Shown piece by piece: positions 38,233 to 47,780 of a stretch of DNA of 64,000 bases. The notes beneath the pieces are model-generated. The model was not told the origin of the DNA, searched no databases, and saw nothing but the letters and a program-made list of their open reading frames with translations. The stretch comes from Spirochaetales bacterium (lineage in GTDB: Bacteria; Spirochaetota; Spirochaetia; JABEVK01), in assembly GCA_037142615.1 (NCBI GenBank), contig JBAXAI010000007.1, forward strand, positions 32,001-96,000. The letters run 5' to 3'. Position numbers and translations under genes: made by a program. Within the stretch, counting starts at the first letter, position 1. Every line of letters starts with the position of its first letter.

Positions 38233-38878
38233 CCATCAGGCTCTTGCAGATCGATGCCGCCTTCTTCTGTGACTTCTCCCAACCATTTTCCAGCAAGGAG
38301 ACCAAATGCTCACCATTATAGCTGCCGCTAGGGGTCTTGGCGAACTCAAAGTGATCATTGATGAACACGTAGAGACCGTTCTCGATACGCACCGAAGGTT
38401 CAAGGCGAACCGAGATCTTTCCTGTGATTTCGAAACTGTCTCGGAGCACCTCAAAAGAAATATTCGTGAGCACGCGATCCGACAGTCCTTCCGGGAAGTT
38501 CTTCGAAGGCGCGTATTTCTCGGCAATTGAGTTCCATGTTGTTCCCTTGCGAAGTCGAAAATGGTACTCGGTATTCAGCCCTGCGAACTGTATCGGGGTC
38601 GAAATATGCGTCTCAAAAGTTGCACGGACGAGATCACGAAGAACCTCAAAAGAGGACTCATGCGCTGTGGACGCCGTAAACCTCTCCCTCGAAACAAAAA
38701 TCGAGAGCCAGTCAGTATTGAACTTCACAAAGTCGTTGTTGATGAACTCGACACTTGCAGCAGTGGCTTCGGATTGCCGCAATATTTCCTCGCCGGCAAA
38801 CCATAAAGGTTGATACACAATAGGATTAAATTGACCCACTACGACAATCGAATGACTAGTCAATTCAGGCGAAACCAT
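38216..38878 (-). CDS. Hypothetical protein, TIGR04255-like
   Basis: IVVVGQFNP..QP.W, TPIQFAGLN, RLEPS, FINDHFE. Family resemblance from memory, not searched. Confidence 0.6.
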   Translation of the reverse strand: MVSPELTSHSIVVVGQFNPIVYQPLWFAGEEILRQSEATAASVEFINNDFVKFNTDWLSIFVSRERFTASTAHESSFEVLRDLVRATFETHISTPIQFAGLNTEYHFRLRKGTTWNSIAEKYAPSKNFPEGLSDRVLTNISFEVLRDSFEITGKISVRLEPSVRIENGLYVFINDHFEFAKTPSGSYNGEHLVSLLENGWEKSQKKAASICKSLMDAIYE

Positions 38879-38942
38879 AATATTCCTCTCTTGAGCATAC
38901 TCAAACTACAAGTATGCGGTAGTAAGCTGAACCGGACAAGTC

Positions 38943-41708
38943 TCATACCCTAAACACCTTCATCACCTCATCGCCTAGGTGGTTGATCACTTTCACGGCA
39001 ATCCGACCGTTCTTGGGCTTGTCGAAGGGCCGCGAGACGGAACTGTGGAGGCTGTCCCAGGCGTCGGCGTTGATCTCGGCCTTCAGCGTCGTCTTGAGCG
39101 AGCCATAGGGATCGTTGGCTCCTAGGAAGTAGGCGTGGCGGACGAAGAACGACTCTTCGTTGTAGTCGGTGTCGATGAACCAGCAGGCAATGCCATCTGG
39201 GCCATCCGACCGAACGTCACCACTGCGCGGGTCGAACACATCGACGCCCTTCACCTCGATGGTCACCTGGTTATCGCCGACTTCCTGGACCTCGATGTCG
39301 GGCTCCCCAAAGATGACGAACAGGTTGCCCTGGCCGTTATTTCGCAAGTCTTCGGCCATGTGAAGATCGGCGTTCATCCGTGCCTTGAGGACGGGGATGC
39401 GGCCCAACTTGTGGAACTCGGTCGAGTGTGCGTCGTAGTTGAAAGCGCAAGCGATGAGGACGTCGAAATCCGCTTCGGCTGCCTCGCGAGCCGCTTCAAC
39501 CAAGTCCGGGCGGCTGACGGTTCCAAACTCGGGTCCCAAGAAGATGGCGGCCCGATTGTCGCCGTAGCGCCCTTCAGCGCAGATCATCCGGCCCGGCCAA
39601 GGCGTCAGTGAGGTGAAATGGATCTTGTCACCCTTGTCAGGCTGCTGGACGCCGGCCTTGAAAAGGTTGTCGAGGATAAGCCCGGCGAAGTCGTGCACAT
39701 CGTATGCCGCAGAAGGCTCGCGAAGTTCGTCGACCAGTTCATCGTTTTCATCGACCGAAAAAGTGCGATGGGGTGACAAGCTCTCAACCGTGAACGGCCC
39801 GGCGACTCGCACCTTTTTCTTGTCTTCGTAGGGCTTGTCGTAGAGGTACTCGTACTCAGCCTTGGCCGCGATGCTGGCGTCGAACTCCTTTTGGCGGGAG
39901 ATTCGGGCCTTCCAAAATTCAGAGTGTGCCCTATTGGCCACCTCGGACCACGAGGCATCGGTGCCGCGAGGGATTTCCCAATCCTCCCAGGAACTCGCGG
40001 TGGCGGAGTTGAGCTGGACTCGCAGAGGTTCGAGGATTGCCTGCCACTTGTCCCAGATCACGTCGATTTCGGCGTTGTTGGCGATGCTTTTTAGGGTGAT
40101 GTGAGGAACCCTTTCGTACACAAAACCGTGCCTCAGGTTGCCATAGGTAGGTTTGCTACTCAAGGGAGTCCGTGTGACCTCACTCTCTTTGGCTTGTCCT
40201 TCGGGGCTATCTGCCATTAGGTAATAGGGGTAGCGTGCGCCCATGATTCGAGCCCGGGCGAGAGCTAGAGCGACGCGACTGGTATCGACTGTGATCCACC
40301 GGCGGCCCCACTGTTCTGCTACGTACGCGCTGGTGCCAGAACCACATGTGGGGTCGAGGATGAGGTCACCAGGATCCGAGGCCATGAGGAAACAGCGCTG
40401 GATGGGCAACACGTCAGTTTGAACAACGTACTGGGCATCGTCCTCCCCGCGAGTGTCAGTCCAAATGTTTGTGATGGCCCGGAAAGGGAAATCGTCGAAG
40501 TATCGCTTATAGATTCTCAAACCGGGTTGACGAAGGAGTCGCCCAACTTTCCAAAGTTGCTTGATCCCCTTTACCCCTGGCTTCCAGTGTCGATTTGGTT
40601 TGCAGGACAGCCTGATCACACCCTTGCTGGACATGAACTCAACGTCGGGATCATCACCACCCTTTGATGAAATGTCTCCAGTTGCGAAGATTCGAGCACC
40701 CTCAGGCAAGTTGACCTTGTTGCGCTCTGTGTACTTGCTAATTGGTTCAAGAACCCCGGTCAGAGTTTCGACGCGCTTGTACTCTTTTGCTCCGTCCTCA
40801 CCAGGAAACTGAGGAAAGTAGAGTGGCCGCGCCTTCACCTGTTCACGATTCTTCGCGTACCAGACTATGGAGTCGAAGACCTGCGAGATGGTGTCGGATG
40901 TAGAACCGGTGGTCTTGGTGAATACTATCTGCGCCACACAGTTCCCCTCTCCAAACACCTCGTCCATCAGCGCACGCACCCGATGCACGTTCTCGTCGCC
41001 AATCTGGACGAAGATGCTACCGCTGTCAGTCAGCAAGTCCCTAGCCACGGTCAACCGATCCCTCAAGTAGGTCAAATAGCTGTGGATGCCATCACGCCAG
41101 GTGTCGCGGAAGGCTTTGACCTGCTCCGGCTCGCGAGTGATGTGCTCCAGGTTGCCATCCTTCACGTCGCGACTGGTAGTGCTCCACTGGAAGTTGCTAT
41201 TGAACTTGATGCCATACGGCGGGTCAAAGTAGATGCACTGGACTTTGCCCCTCAGTCCTTCACGCTCGGCCAGACTGGCCATCACCTGCAGGCTGTCGCC
41301 TAGAATCATCCGGTTGGTCCAGTGGGCGTCATGCTGGTAGAACTCGGTCTTGGCACCCTCGCTGGGAAGGCCGTTGAAGTCGGCGAATAGGTCAAACTGG
41401 TCTGCGGGTTTTTGCCCCTTCTGTGTCTGTTTCACCAAGTCGTCGATGAGCACCTTTGGGTGAACCTTTTCCTGGATGTAAAGCGGTGGCGCGTTGACCA
41501 CCAAGTCGCTCCAATCCTGTTCATCCTTTCCACGCCACACCAACTGCGGGTCAAGATCACGGTTACGGCGACCATAGGCCACACGGATGGGCGACTTGGT
41601 ATCCGACTCGACCATCGCCTGATACTCGGCAGTGGGAATGTTCTTGCGGGTCTCATCGACGTGGGTGAACGTTGCGATGGGTTTTGGTGTCGGGTCAGTC
41701 TTGGCCAT
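38943..41708 (-). CDS. Type III-like RM adenine DNA methyltransferase (Mod)
   Basis: ILGDSL, YFDPPYG (motif IV), LDPTCGSGT (motif I), long C-terminal extension. Confidence 0.9.
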   Translation of the reverse strand: MAKTDPTPKPIATFTHVDETRKNIPTAEYQAMVESDTKSPIRVAYGRRNRDLDPQLVWRGKDEQDWSDLVVNAPPLYIQEKVHPKVLIDDLVKQTQKGQKPADQFDLFADFNGLPSEGAKTEFYQHDAHWTNRMILGDSLQVMASLAEREGLRGKVQCIYFDPPYGIKFNSNFQWSTTSRDVKDGNLEHITREPEQVKAFRDTWRDGIHSYLTYLRDRLTVARDLLTDSGSIFVQIGDENVHRVRALMDEVFGEGNCVAQIVFTKTTGSTSDTISQVFDSIVWYAKNREQVKARPLYFPQFPGEDGAKEYKRVETLTGVLEPISKYTERNKVNLPEGARIFATGDISSKGGDDPDVEFMSSKGVIRLSCKPNRHWKPGVKGIKQLWKVGRLLRQPGLRIYKRYFDDFPFRAITNIWTDTRGEDDAQYVVQTDVLPIQRCFLMASDPGDLILDPTCGSGTSAYVAEQWGRRWITVDTSRVALALARARIMGARYPYYLMADSPEGQAKESEVTRTPLSSKPTYGNLRHGFVYERVPHITLKSIANNAEIDVIWDKWQAILEPLRVQLNSATASSWEDWEIPRGTDASWSEVANRAHSEFWKARISRQKEFDASIAAKAEYEYLYDKPYEDKKKVRVAGPFTVESLSPHRTFSVDENDELVDELREPSAAYDVHDFAGLILDNLFKAGVQQPDKGDKIHFTSLTPWPGRMICAEGRYGDNRAAIFLGPEFGTVSRPDLVEAAREAAEADFDVLIACAFNYDAHSTEFHKLGRIPVLKARMNADLHMAEDLRNNGQGNLFVIFGEPDIEVQEVGDNQVTIEVKGVDVFDPRSGDVRSDGPDGIACWFIDTDYNEESFFVRHAYFLGANDPYGSLKTTLKAEINADAWDSLHSSVSRPFDKPKNGRIAVKVINHLGDEVMKVFRV

Positions 41709-44700
41709 GGGCGTCCTTCTTGGTCACGGAGTCGAGCATCTGGTTCACTTGTGGGGACACGACGGCTTGGAAGTTGGAACCTATGTCAAAAAGGTCTCGC
41801 ATTTCCACGAAAGCCCAGCGACCAAACTTCTTGAGGTTGTTGACGCCAGGAATCCAGTAGGTGTCCATCGTTTGCCGCTTCACCACGGCGTCTTCGCCCC
41901 GGTAGCCCTTGATTTCGACCACCAAGTTAAGCAAGTCATCCTCGCCGTGCCCGTCTTCGACCAACACGATGAAGTCGGGCAAGTAGCGGTGCGCTTCACC
42001 GCCCATCACGTAGGGCACCTCGAACCCGAGGCTCTGGTTCTTCACGTAGGCCCGCACGTTGGGGTGTTGTTCCACCACACGGCAGAACTCGCCTTCCCAC
42101 TCGCTATCGAGCACTGCCCAATTGACGTGGCTTTTGCGGCTGTCGGTCTCCCATCGAAGCGTCTTGGATGTCGTGAAGTTCACATGCGCTGTGGTTCCTT
42201 CGGGGTTGTAAGGATCAATGACCGCCAGAACTGGCCGCTCCTTGCTCATTTCTGCCAGCGTGATGGCAGCGACGATTTTTTCCGCCGCCAAGTTGGCCAA
42301 GTACTTGTACTTCAGCTGGGCCGGATACGTGCCACCGCTACACTTCAGACAGGTGTCGATCCACTGGCGGACGACAGGCTTCAACTTGCCGAACAGGTTC
42401 ACTCTCGGGTTGTTGTCTCCGTCGCGCCAGTGCTGCTGAACAATGTAGGCGGTCAGTCCGAAGACCACCTGGGAAGGCCTAACATCGCCGGTGTGATCGA
42501 GTGTGAGACTGGCCATCTCACCGATGATGCCCGAGTTCTGGGTGCTGGTTGCCCCTACTTCGGTAGGAGTGAGGTGGAGAATCGATTCGTCGGTAAAGTG
42601 GTAGCGGAGTTCTTCTGCGGGCATTTCGACCCGGTAGCCTTTGACATTCGGAAACCGGATTTCCAGCGCCTGCCGTTCGGGGTTCACAGCTTTCACCTGG
42701 ATGGTCTCACGAGGTTTCACCGGCTTAGAGATGACCGGTTTGGCGGTGAAGTCGAAAGGAATGCCGAGCACGTCGGCATACTCGACGCCGAAGAGACCTT
42801 CTTCATTGAGTTCGTACGACTGACGGCGCAGAGCGCGGCCGATCACCTGCTCGCACAGCAACTGAGTACCGAAGGCCCGGACTCCCAAAACGTGAGTCAC
42901 GGTGTTGGTATCCCAACCTTCGGTCAGCATCGAAACCGAGACCACGCAGCGGATGGACTCTCCAAGCTTGCCCTTCTTCCCGACGGTGTTCATGACTTCG
43001 CGCAGGATGTCTGCATCGGTCAGCGAGTCCGCCTTCTGCACGTCGCCTGTGCGCTCGATGACGTCGCGCCGGAACTGCTCGATCTCGGGAGCCGCAAACT
43101 TGCGGAACTGGTCGTCGAGGGCTTCGCCTGACTCCAACTGCTCGCTGTCGATCAGCAGAGTTCGAGGTCGAGGGTACGGATTGCCGTATTCGTCGAAGTT
43201 GGAGAACAACGGCAAACGCCCAGGGATGAACTCTTCGGTGCCATTGCTTTGGGTTCGGGTATAGCCGGAGATGTAGTCGTAGACCAGCTTCGACGCCGAA
43301 GTGTTGTTGCAAACAACGATGAAGCAGGGATCGACGCCCATTCGGGCTTCTCGCCACACTTCAAACGACAGCTTGTAGTGGCCGTACAACGCCTCCAGGG
43401 CCGTCTGCAATTGCGGAGGCAAGTCGTCCGGGTTCAGGTCATTCGTCTGACCGCGGCCCTTCTTGGGCATCTTGTCGCGGATGTGTTCCCACAGATTGCG
43501 GAACATGGGCATCTCGTTGCCGACGATGTTGTCGGACACGGGAACCCGAGGCAGCTTGACGATGCCGCATTCAATGGCGTCCATCAGTGAGAAATCGGAC
43601 ATCGTCCAAGGGAACAGTGTTCCTTCCCGGTACCCCGAGCCTCGCAAAAAGAACGGCGTTGCCGACAGGTCGACGATGCGGTTGCAGCCGAGCTGACGTG
43701 TCACCACCTCGAGACCATGAATCCAGAGCCTGGCGGCCTCCAGGTTCTCCTCGATTTCCTTTCGGTCGTCGCCCTTCAGGGCCGCTTCTTCCTCGGTCAG
43801 CGGACGTTCTTTGTAGCAGTGATGGGCTTCGTCGTTGAGTACCATCACGTTCTTGATTCCCATCAGATCGGGAATCACCCGCTGGAGCATCTGTCCTTCG
43901 GTCTCCGTCGTCAGCAGATCGTCACCGCGTCCTTTCAGGAGCGATCGGGTGCCCTTGGAGACGTCCAGGGTTTCTCGCAGCTTGAAGGCGTGGTAATTGG
44001 TGATGACAATCTTGGCCTTGCCCAGATCGGAAAGGAGTTCGGTGGGAACCAGCTCCCGGCTGATGTAGTAGCTGTCAGGATCGTTCGGCTGCAGAACCCG
44101 GAGGCGATCCTTGATCGTTATGCCGGGTGTGACAATCAGGAAGCCGCGGGTGAACTTTCGGCTACCCTTGTACCGAACCGCATTGATCGTCTGCCAAGCA
44201 ATCACCATGGCCATGACCGTAGTCTTTCCGGCGCCGGTGGCGAGCTTCAGGGCAAGCCTGGACAATCCCGGGTTGGCCTGTTCATTGGCGGCTGTCAGGT
44301 GGTCGAGAAACGCCTCACCGCGTTTGCCGACTTGGGGAGCCACTTCCGTCAGCCAAATGAGAGTCTCAACGGCCTCGATCTGGCAGAAGAACGGCCGCTG
44401 GTTGTGGAAGGGATGCGTACGCCAGTGCTGGAGCAGCCTTGCCGTTTCAGGAGTGACTTTCCAGTCCGAGGGGTCTTTGAGAGCTCGCCATTCATCGACC
44501 TGATGGCGCAACGAGTTGATCGTCTGTGTCAGGTCGTAGTTCAGTTCCTCAGTAGAAATGTCAGCGCCCACGTCGTCGAAGAGCATTTCCTCGTTCGCGG
44601 GCCCATTCTTTTTCCCACCCCGCTTCTTTGGCTTGGGGATCGGAGTCACGAACTTTGCCGGCCGCCGGGTACCGACCACTTGCTGTGTCGGCTGGCCGGT

Positions 44701-44778
44701 CTCGTCCAGCTCCCAATGCTGGGCCGGTGGCTCATACGGGGAGTTCAAGATGGGATGGTCAAAAAAGGGGTTTGACAT
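41695..44778 (-). CDS. Type III-like restriction endonuclease/SF2 helicase (Res)
   Basis: LATGAGKT, NDEAHH, LSATP, MLTEGWD, QVIGRALRR, and C-terminal PD-(D/E)xK (YLPDF...VEIKG). Overlaps the mod start. Confidence 0.9.
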   Translation of the reverse strand: MSNPFFDHPILNSPYEPPAQHWELDETGQPTQQVVGTRRPAKFVTPIPKPKKRGGKKNGPANEEMLFDDVGADISTEELNYDLTQTINSLRHQVDEWRALKDPSDWKVTPETARLLQHWRTHPFHNQRPFFCQIEAVETLIWLTEVAPQVGKRGEAFLDHLTAANEQANPGLSRLALKLATGAGKTTVMAMVIAWQTINAVRYKGSRKFTRGFLIVTPGITIKDRLRVLQPNDPDSYYISRELVPTELLSDLGKAKIVITNYHAFKLRETLDVSKGTRSLLKGRGDDLLTTETEGQMLQRVIPDLMGIKNVMVLNDEAHHCYKERPLTEEEAALKGDDRKEIEENLEAARLWIHGLEVVTRQLGCNRIVDLSATPFFLRGSGYREGTLFPWTMSDFSLMDAIECGIVKLPRVPVSDNIVGNEMPMFRNLWEHIRDKMPKKGRGQTNDLNPDDLPPQLQTALEALYGHYKLSFEVWREARMGVDPCFIVVCNNTSASKLVYDYISGYTRTQSNGTEEFIPGRLPLFSNFDEYGNPYPRPRTLLIDSEQLESGEALDDQFRKFAAPEIEQFRRDVIERTGDVQKADSLTDADILREVMNTVGKKGKLGESIRCVVSVSMLTEGWDTNTVTHVLGVRAFGTQLLCEQVIGRALRRQSYELNEEGLFGVEYADVLGIPFDFTAKPVISKPVKPRETIQVKAVNPERQALEIRFPNVKGYRVEMPAEELRYHFTDESILHLTPTEVGATSTQNSGIIGEMASLTLDHTGDVRPSQVVFGLTAYIVQQHWRDGDNNPRVNLFGKLKPVVRQWIDTCLKCSGGTYPAQLKYKYLANLAAEKIVAAITLAEMSKERPVLAVIDPYNPEGTTAHVNFTTSKTLRWETDSRKSHVNWAVLDSEWEGEFCRVVEQHPNVRAYVKNQSLGFEVPYVMGGEAHRYLPDFIVLVEDGHGEDDLLNLVVEIKGYRGEDAVVKRQTMDTYWIPGVNNLKKFGRWAFVEMRDLFDIGSNFQAVVSPQVNQMLDSVTKKDAHGQD

Positions 44779-45042
44779 TGCTGTCAGTTCACCATGAAGG
44801 CCAGTTGAAGTCAAGTTTTCATCCATTACCGTGCAAGAAATAGTCGACCTCCATACGCTACGCGAGGTCCACGAGACAATCATCGCGCATTGGAATGCAC
44901 TAGCTGTGCGCAATCGACAGTATTTCACGGGCTAGGAAGCAGATACGTAACACTTGTATAGTAACTCTTGTCTCCGTTCACCTTTCTGTTTTGGCCCCAC
45001 TTGAAACGACATATTCCAACCCTGTCCTAGCAAGGAGGGAAC

Positions 45043-45933
45043 ATGGACAAAATCGTGATATGGACTTGTGCGCGGTTGCCGCTGGGTCTTGGACTCGCCC
45101 TGTGGTCGATCTCAGGAAGTATGACAATCGCGCTGTTCTGGTATTTCGCCGGGGATTCCTGGCCAAAGCAGGTGATTGCCGTCGGCTGGGCAGTTGCCTT
45201 GGAAGGGACCAAGATCTACTGCTGGAAGCGCGGAGGGTGGCTCAAACTCCTGTCGGGCGCTCTCGTGTGCCTGACGCTGTTCAGTGCATGGTCGATCGCG
45301 GTCGCCTCGGTCGATGCGGCTCACCAGGCGACTGATCAGCATCGGTCGTCACTTCAGGAGAGGGCCTTGTCCGAGCAAAAGGATCAGGCTTCGGTTCAGG
45401 CGCAGATCGACATTCTGGTCGAAAGGCTTCGGGTCCTACCACCGGATTTCGTGACCGGGGCGGCACAGCTGAACAGGGAGCTTCAATCGCTTCGTGATCG
45501 TCAGAGAAGCCTTCGCGCTCTGGATGGGGAGCCACCGGATTCCTTGCCAACGAACGAACCAAATGCGTTTCAGGTGCTTGCTTTGGCGACTGGGTGGACT
45601 CGGGAGAATTGGGTAATTCTCGTTGTTCTTGTGATCGCCGTCCTTACCGAAGCCTCTGCGCTCGCCCTGACGTCAGTGGTCCAGAAGAACACATCGCTAG
45701 CGGAACAGCCTCTTGGAACGCCCAAGATTGCGCCAACGGCTGAGGACTACCTTCGGGTGGCAACCGATCACCCCCGAGCCCCACGGCTCCTCGGGAGATT
45801 GGAAGTGGCCCGCAGATTGGGAATCGGTGAGAACCAGTCGCGACTCCTCCTCGAGGAACTCATCCGTATGGGGCGCATCAAGCGCGGCGGCAAGGCCTTT
45901 GAACTCAGTTCAGTGCGTCGAGGAGGCGCTTGA
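45043..45933 (+). CDS. Membrane protein with coiled coil and C-terminal winged-helix
   Basis: Three N-terminal hydrophobic helices, a coiled coil, one further TM, then VARRLGIGENQSRLLLEELIRMGRI. AAGGAGG RBS. Confidence 0.65.
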   Translation: MDKIVIWTCARLPLGLGLALWSISGSMTIALFWYFAGDSWPKQVIAVGWAVALEGTKIYCWKRGGWLKLLSGALVCLTLFSAWSIAVASVDAAHQATDQHRSSLQERALSEQKDQASVQAQIDILVERLRVLPPDFVTGAAQLNRELQSLRDRQRSLRALDGEPPDSLPTNEPNAFQVLALATGWTRENWVILVVLVIAVLTEASALALTSVVQKNTSLAEQPLGTPKIAPTAEDYLRVATDHPRAPRLLGRLEVARRLGIGENQSRLLLEELIRMGRIKRGGKAFELSSVRRGGA

Positions 45934-46168
45934 CGTAGGCATACCCAGCGTTGATCTTTCCCGACTCGAAACGCGAGAGCGAAGGCTGGTTTGAGCCCAC
46001 CAGGGCGGCAAGTTCAGCCTGACTGTAGCCCTTGGATCGCCGCAAGTCGCGGATCTGAGTGGCAACCGCCTCGAGACGCCGTTGCTCTTCCAGCTGCCTG
46101 ACAACTTGTGGGTCAACCCTCAACTTCCCTTCGCTTACCGACTGCATGAGCCAAGTCCATCGATCCAT
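45905..46168 (-). CDS. XRE-family HTH regulator
   Basis: IRDLRRSKGYSQAELAALVGSNQPSLSRFESG. AGGAGG RBS. Confidence 0.85.
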   Translation of the reverse strand: MDRWTWLMQSVSEGKLRVDPQVVRQLEEQRRLEAVATQIRDLRRSKGYSQAELAALVGSNQPSLSRFESGKINAGYAYVKRLLDALN

Positions 46169-46304
46169 GAAAGCCTCCTAAACCCGATTTATACCGGATT
46201 CCATATATCTATCCCCTACATCAACTTGTTGCCTTCGTTCTATTCCTGGATTGGCAGTCAAACGGCCTAGATATTGCTTGGAAGATCCCAGAAAAGGAGG
46301 TTTC

Positions 46305-46472
46305 ATGAGACTCGACGAATCGTCAAATGGGCTGCATCGGGCAGTCCGAATGTTGGATTTCCTGTCAGGACTGCTGGCAAGAAACGTGGAGGGCTTGGAC
46401 GAGCACGAAGCGGAAGGCTTGTGCTGGATCCTGTTGTACGTCGCGGGACAGCTTGCGGACGGCGAGCAATGA
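46305..46472 (+). CDS. Small hypothetical protein (55 aa)
   Basis: AAGGAGG RBS and ATGA coupling to the radC-like gene. Confidence 0.55.
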   Translation: MRLDESSNGLHRAVRMLDFLSGLLARNVEGLDEHEAEGLCWILLYVAGQLADGEQ

Positions 46473-46903
46473 CCTACGACATCGTTTCTGAGCGAACGGG
46501 GCCTTCAGTCAGAGTGACGGCACCGGCGGACGTCTACAAGCTGGTTGAACGGTACAAGTCCAAGAAGCAGGAGTTCTTTCTCCTGATCACTCTGCAAAGT
46601 GACAACTTGCCGATCCGAGTAAGGGTCGTGACAATTGGACTTTTGGACAGAACTCTGGTCCATCCCAGAGAAATCTTCTCCGCAGCACTCCAGGACAGGG
46701 CCAAGTGTGTGATCCTGGCCCATACCCATCCGAGCGGAAATCTCTCCCCATCAAGGGAAGACTCCGATGCCACTGCTCGATTGTGTCGGGCGGGTGAGCT
46801 TCTCGGAATCCCCGTGGTTGACCACGTCATCGTTGGTCGTCGTAACCCCAGCTACTTTAGTTTTCGCGAACAGGGCTTGTTGCCCTCGTCATCTCATTAT
46901 TAG
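46469..46903 (+). CDS. RadC-like JAB-domain protein
   Basis: QEFF, VHPREIF, LAHTHPSGNLSPSRED, VVDHVIVG. Confidence 0.9.
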   Translation: MTYDIVSERTGPSVRVTAPADVYKLVERYKSKKQEFFLLITLQSDNLPIRVRVVTIGLLDRTLVHPREIFSAALQDRAKCVILAHTHPSGNLSPSREDSDATARLCRAGELLGIPVVDHVIVGRRNPSYFSFREQGLLPSSSHY

Positions 46904-46912
46904 GAGGTCTCC

Positions 46913-47770
46913 ATGAACGAGACACCCGATTCACCCGTCTACCTCGAACCTGTCACCAGGAAGACCGTGGACGACTACATCAAGATCCAAGGATTGGCGG
47001 GACAAGCCACTCCGGAAGAGGTCGAGAGGTTCGCGGCCCTGGCGGTTCGGTACCAACTCAACCCGTTCCAGCGCGAACTGCATCTGGTCGGCAACTCCGA
47101 GCGCGGTCAGCGCAAGTTCGTTGCGGTAGTTGGCTACGAAGTTTACCTGCGAAAGGCGGAGCGGACTCACAAACTCGATGGCTGGAAAGCCTGGACCGAG
47201 GGCGAAGGCGAAAAGATGAAAGCCGTTCTCGAGGTCTATCGTGCCGACTGGGCTCACCCCTTCGTCCATGAAGTCCACTTCGAGGAAGCAGTGCAGAGGC
47301 AGCCGGATGGAAGTCCAACGGCCTTCTGGCAACGGATGCCCAAGTTCCAATTGAGGAAGGTGTGCATTTCTCAGGGCTTCCGGTTGTGCTTCGCCGAGGA
47401 GCTGGGCGGCATTCCGTACGAAGCCGTTGAGCTGAACGCGGAAGACGCAGTGGTTCAGCCAGCGACGTCGCCGGCTCGTCCGAAGGAACCGGTGGCTGCT
47501 CAGGCAACGTCGGAAACGGGCAGCTTTGGCACCGTGGGCGACGAGCTTATCCAGTTCCTGACGGCCAATGAGGGAATGTTCACGAAGAAGCACTTGCAGT
47601 GGATCCGAGATCGTATCGCTGCCGATCCATCGAACGAGACAAAGAAAAAAATGATCTCATACGCTCGCCGCGTGGTCAGCCAGGGGGGCGACGCCCCCGA
47701 ACAGCCCCGTGCGAGCCGTTCCTACGGCAACCGAACCCAGCGAAAGCCCGATTTGATGCCAACTTTCTAA
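46913..47770 (+). CDS. Bet/RecT-family single-strand annealing recombinase
   Basis: YQLNPFQRELH, VGYEVYL, W.RMP..QLRKV.ISQGFRLCF..ELGG.PY..E. Confidence 0.85.
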   Translation: MNETPDSPVYLEPVTRKTVDDYIKIQGLAGQATPEEVERFAALAVRYQLNPFQRELHLVGNSERGQRKFVAVVGYEVYLRKAERTHKLDGWKAWTEGEGEKMKAVLEVYRADWAHPFVHEVHFEEAVQRQPDGSPTAFWQRMPKFQLRKVCISQGFRLCFAEELGGIPYEAVELNAEDAVVQPATSPARPKEPVAAQATSETGSFGTVGDELIQFLTANEGMFTKKHLQWIRDRIAADPSNETKKKMISYARRVVSQGGDAPEQPRASRSYGNRTQRKPDLMPTF

Positions 47771-47780
47771 GGAGGAAAGC

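Noticed and set aside
41632-43131. 499-aa plus-strand ORF
   Set aside because: Antisense shadow of res.
34446-44778. Assignment to DISARM, BREX or Hachiman
   Set aside because: Diagnostic partners (DUF1998/PLD, PglZ/BrxC, HamA) are not recognisable.
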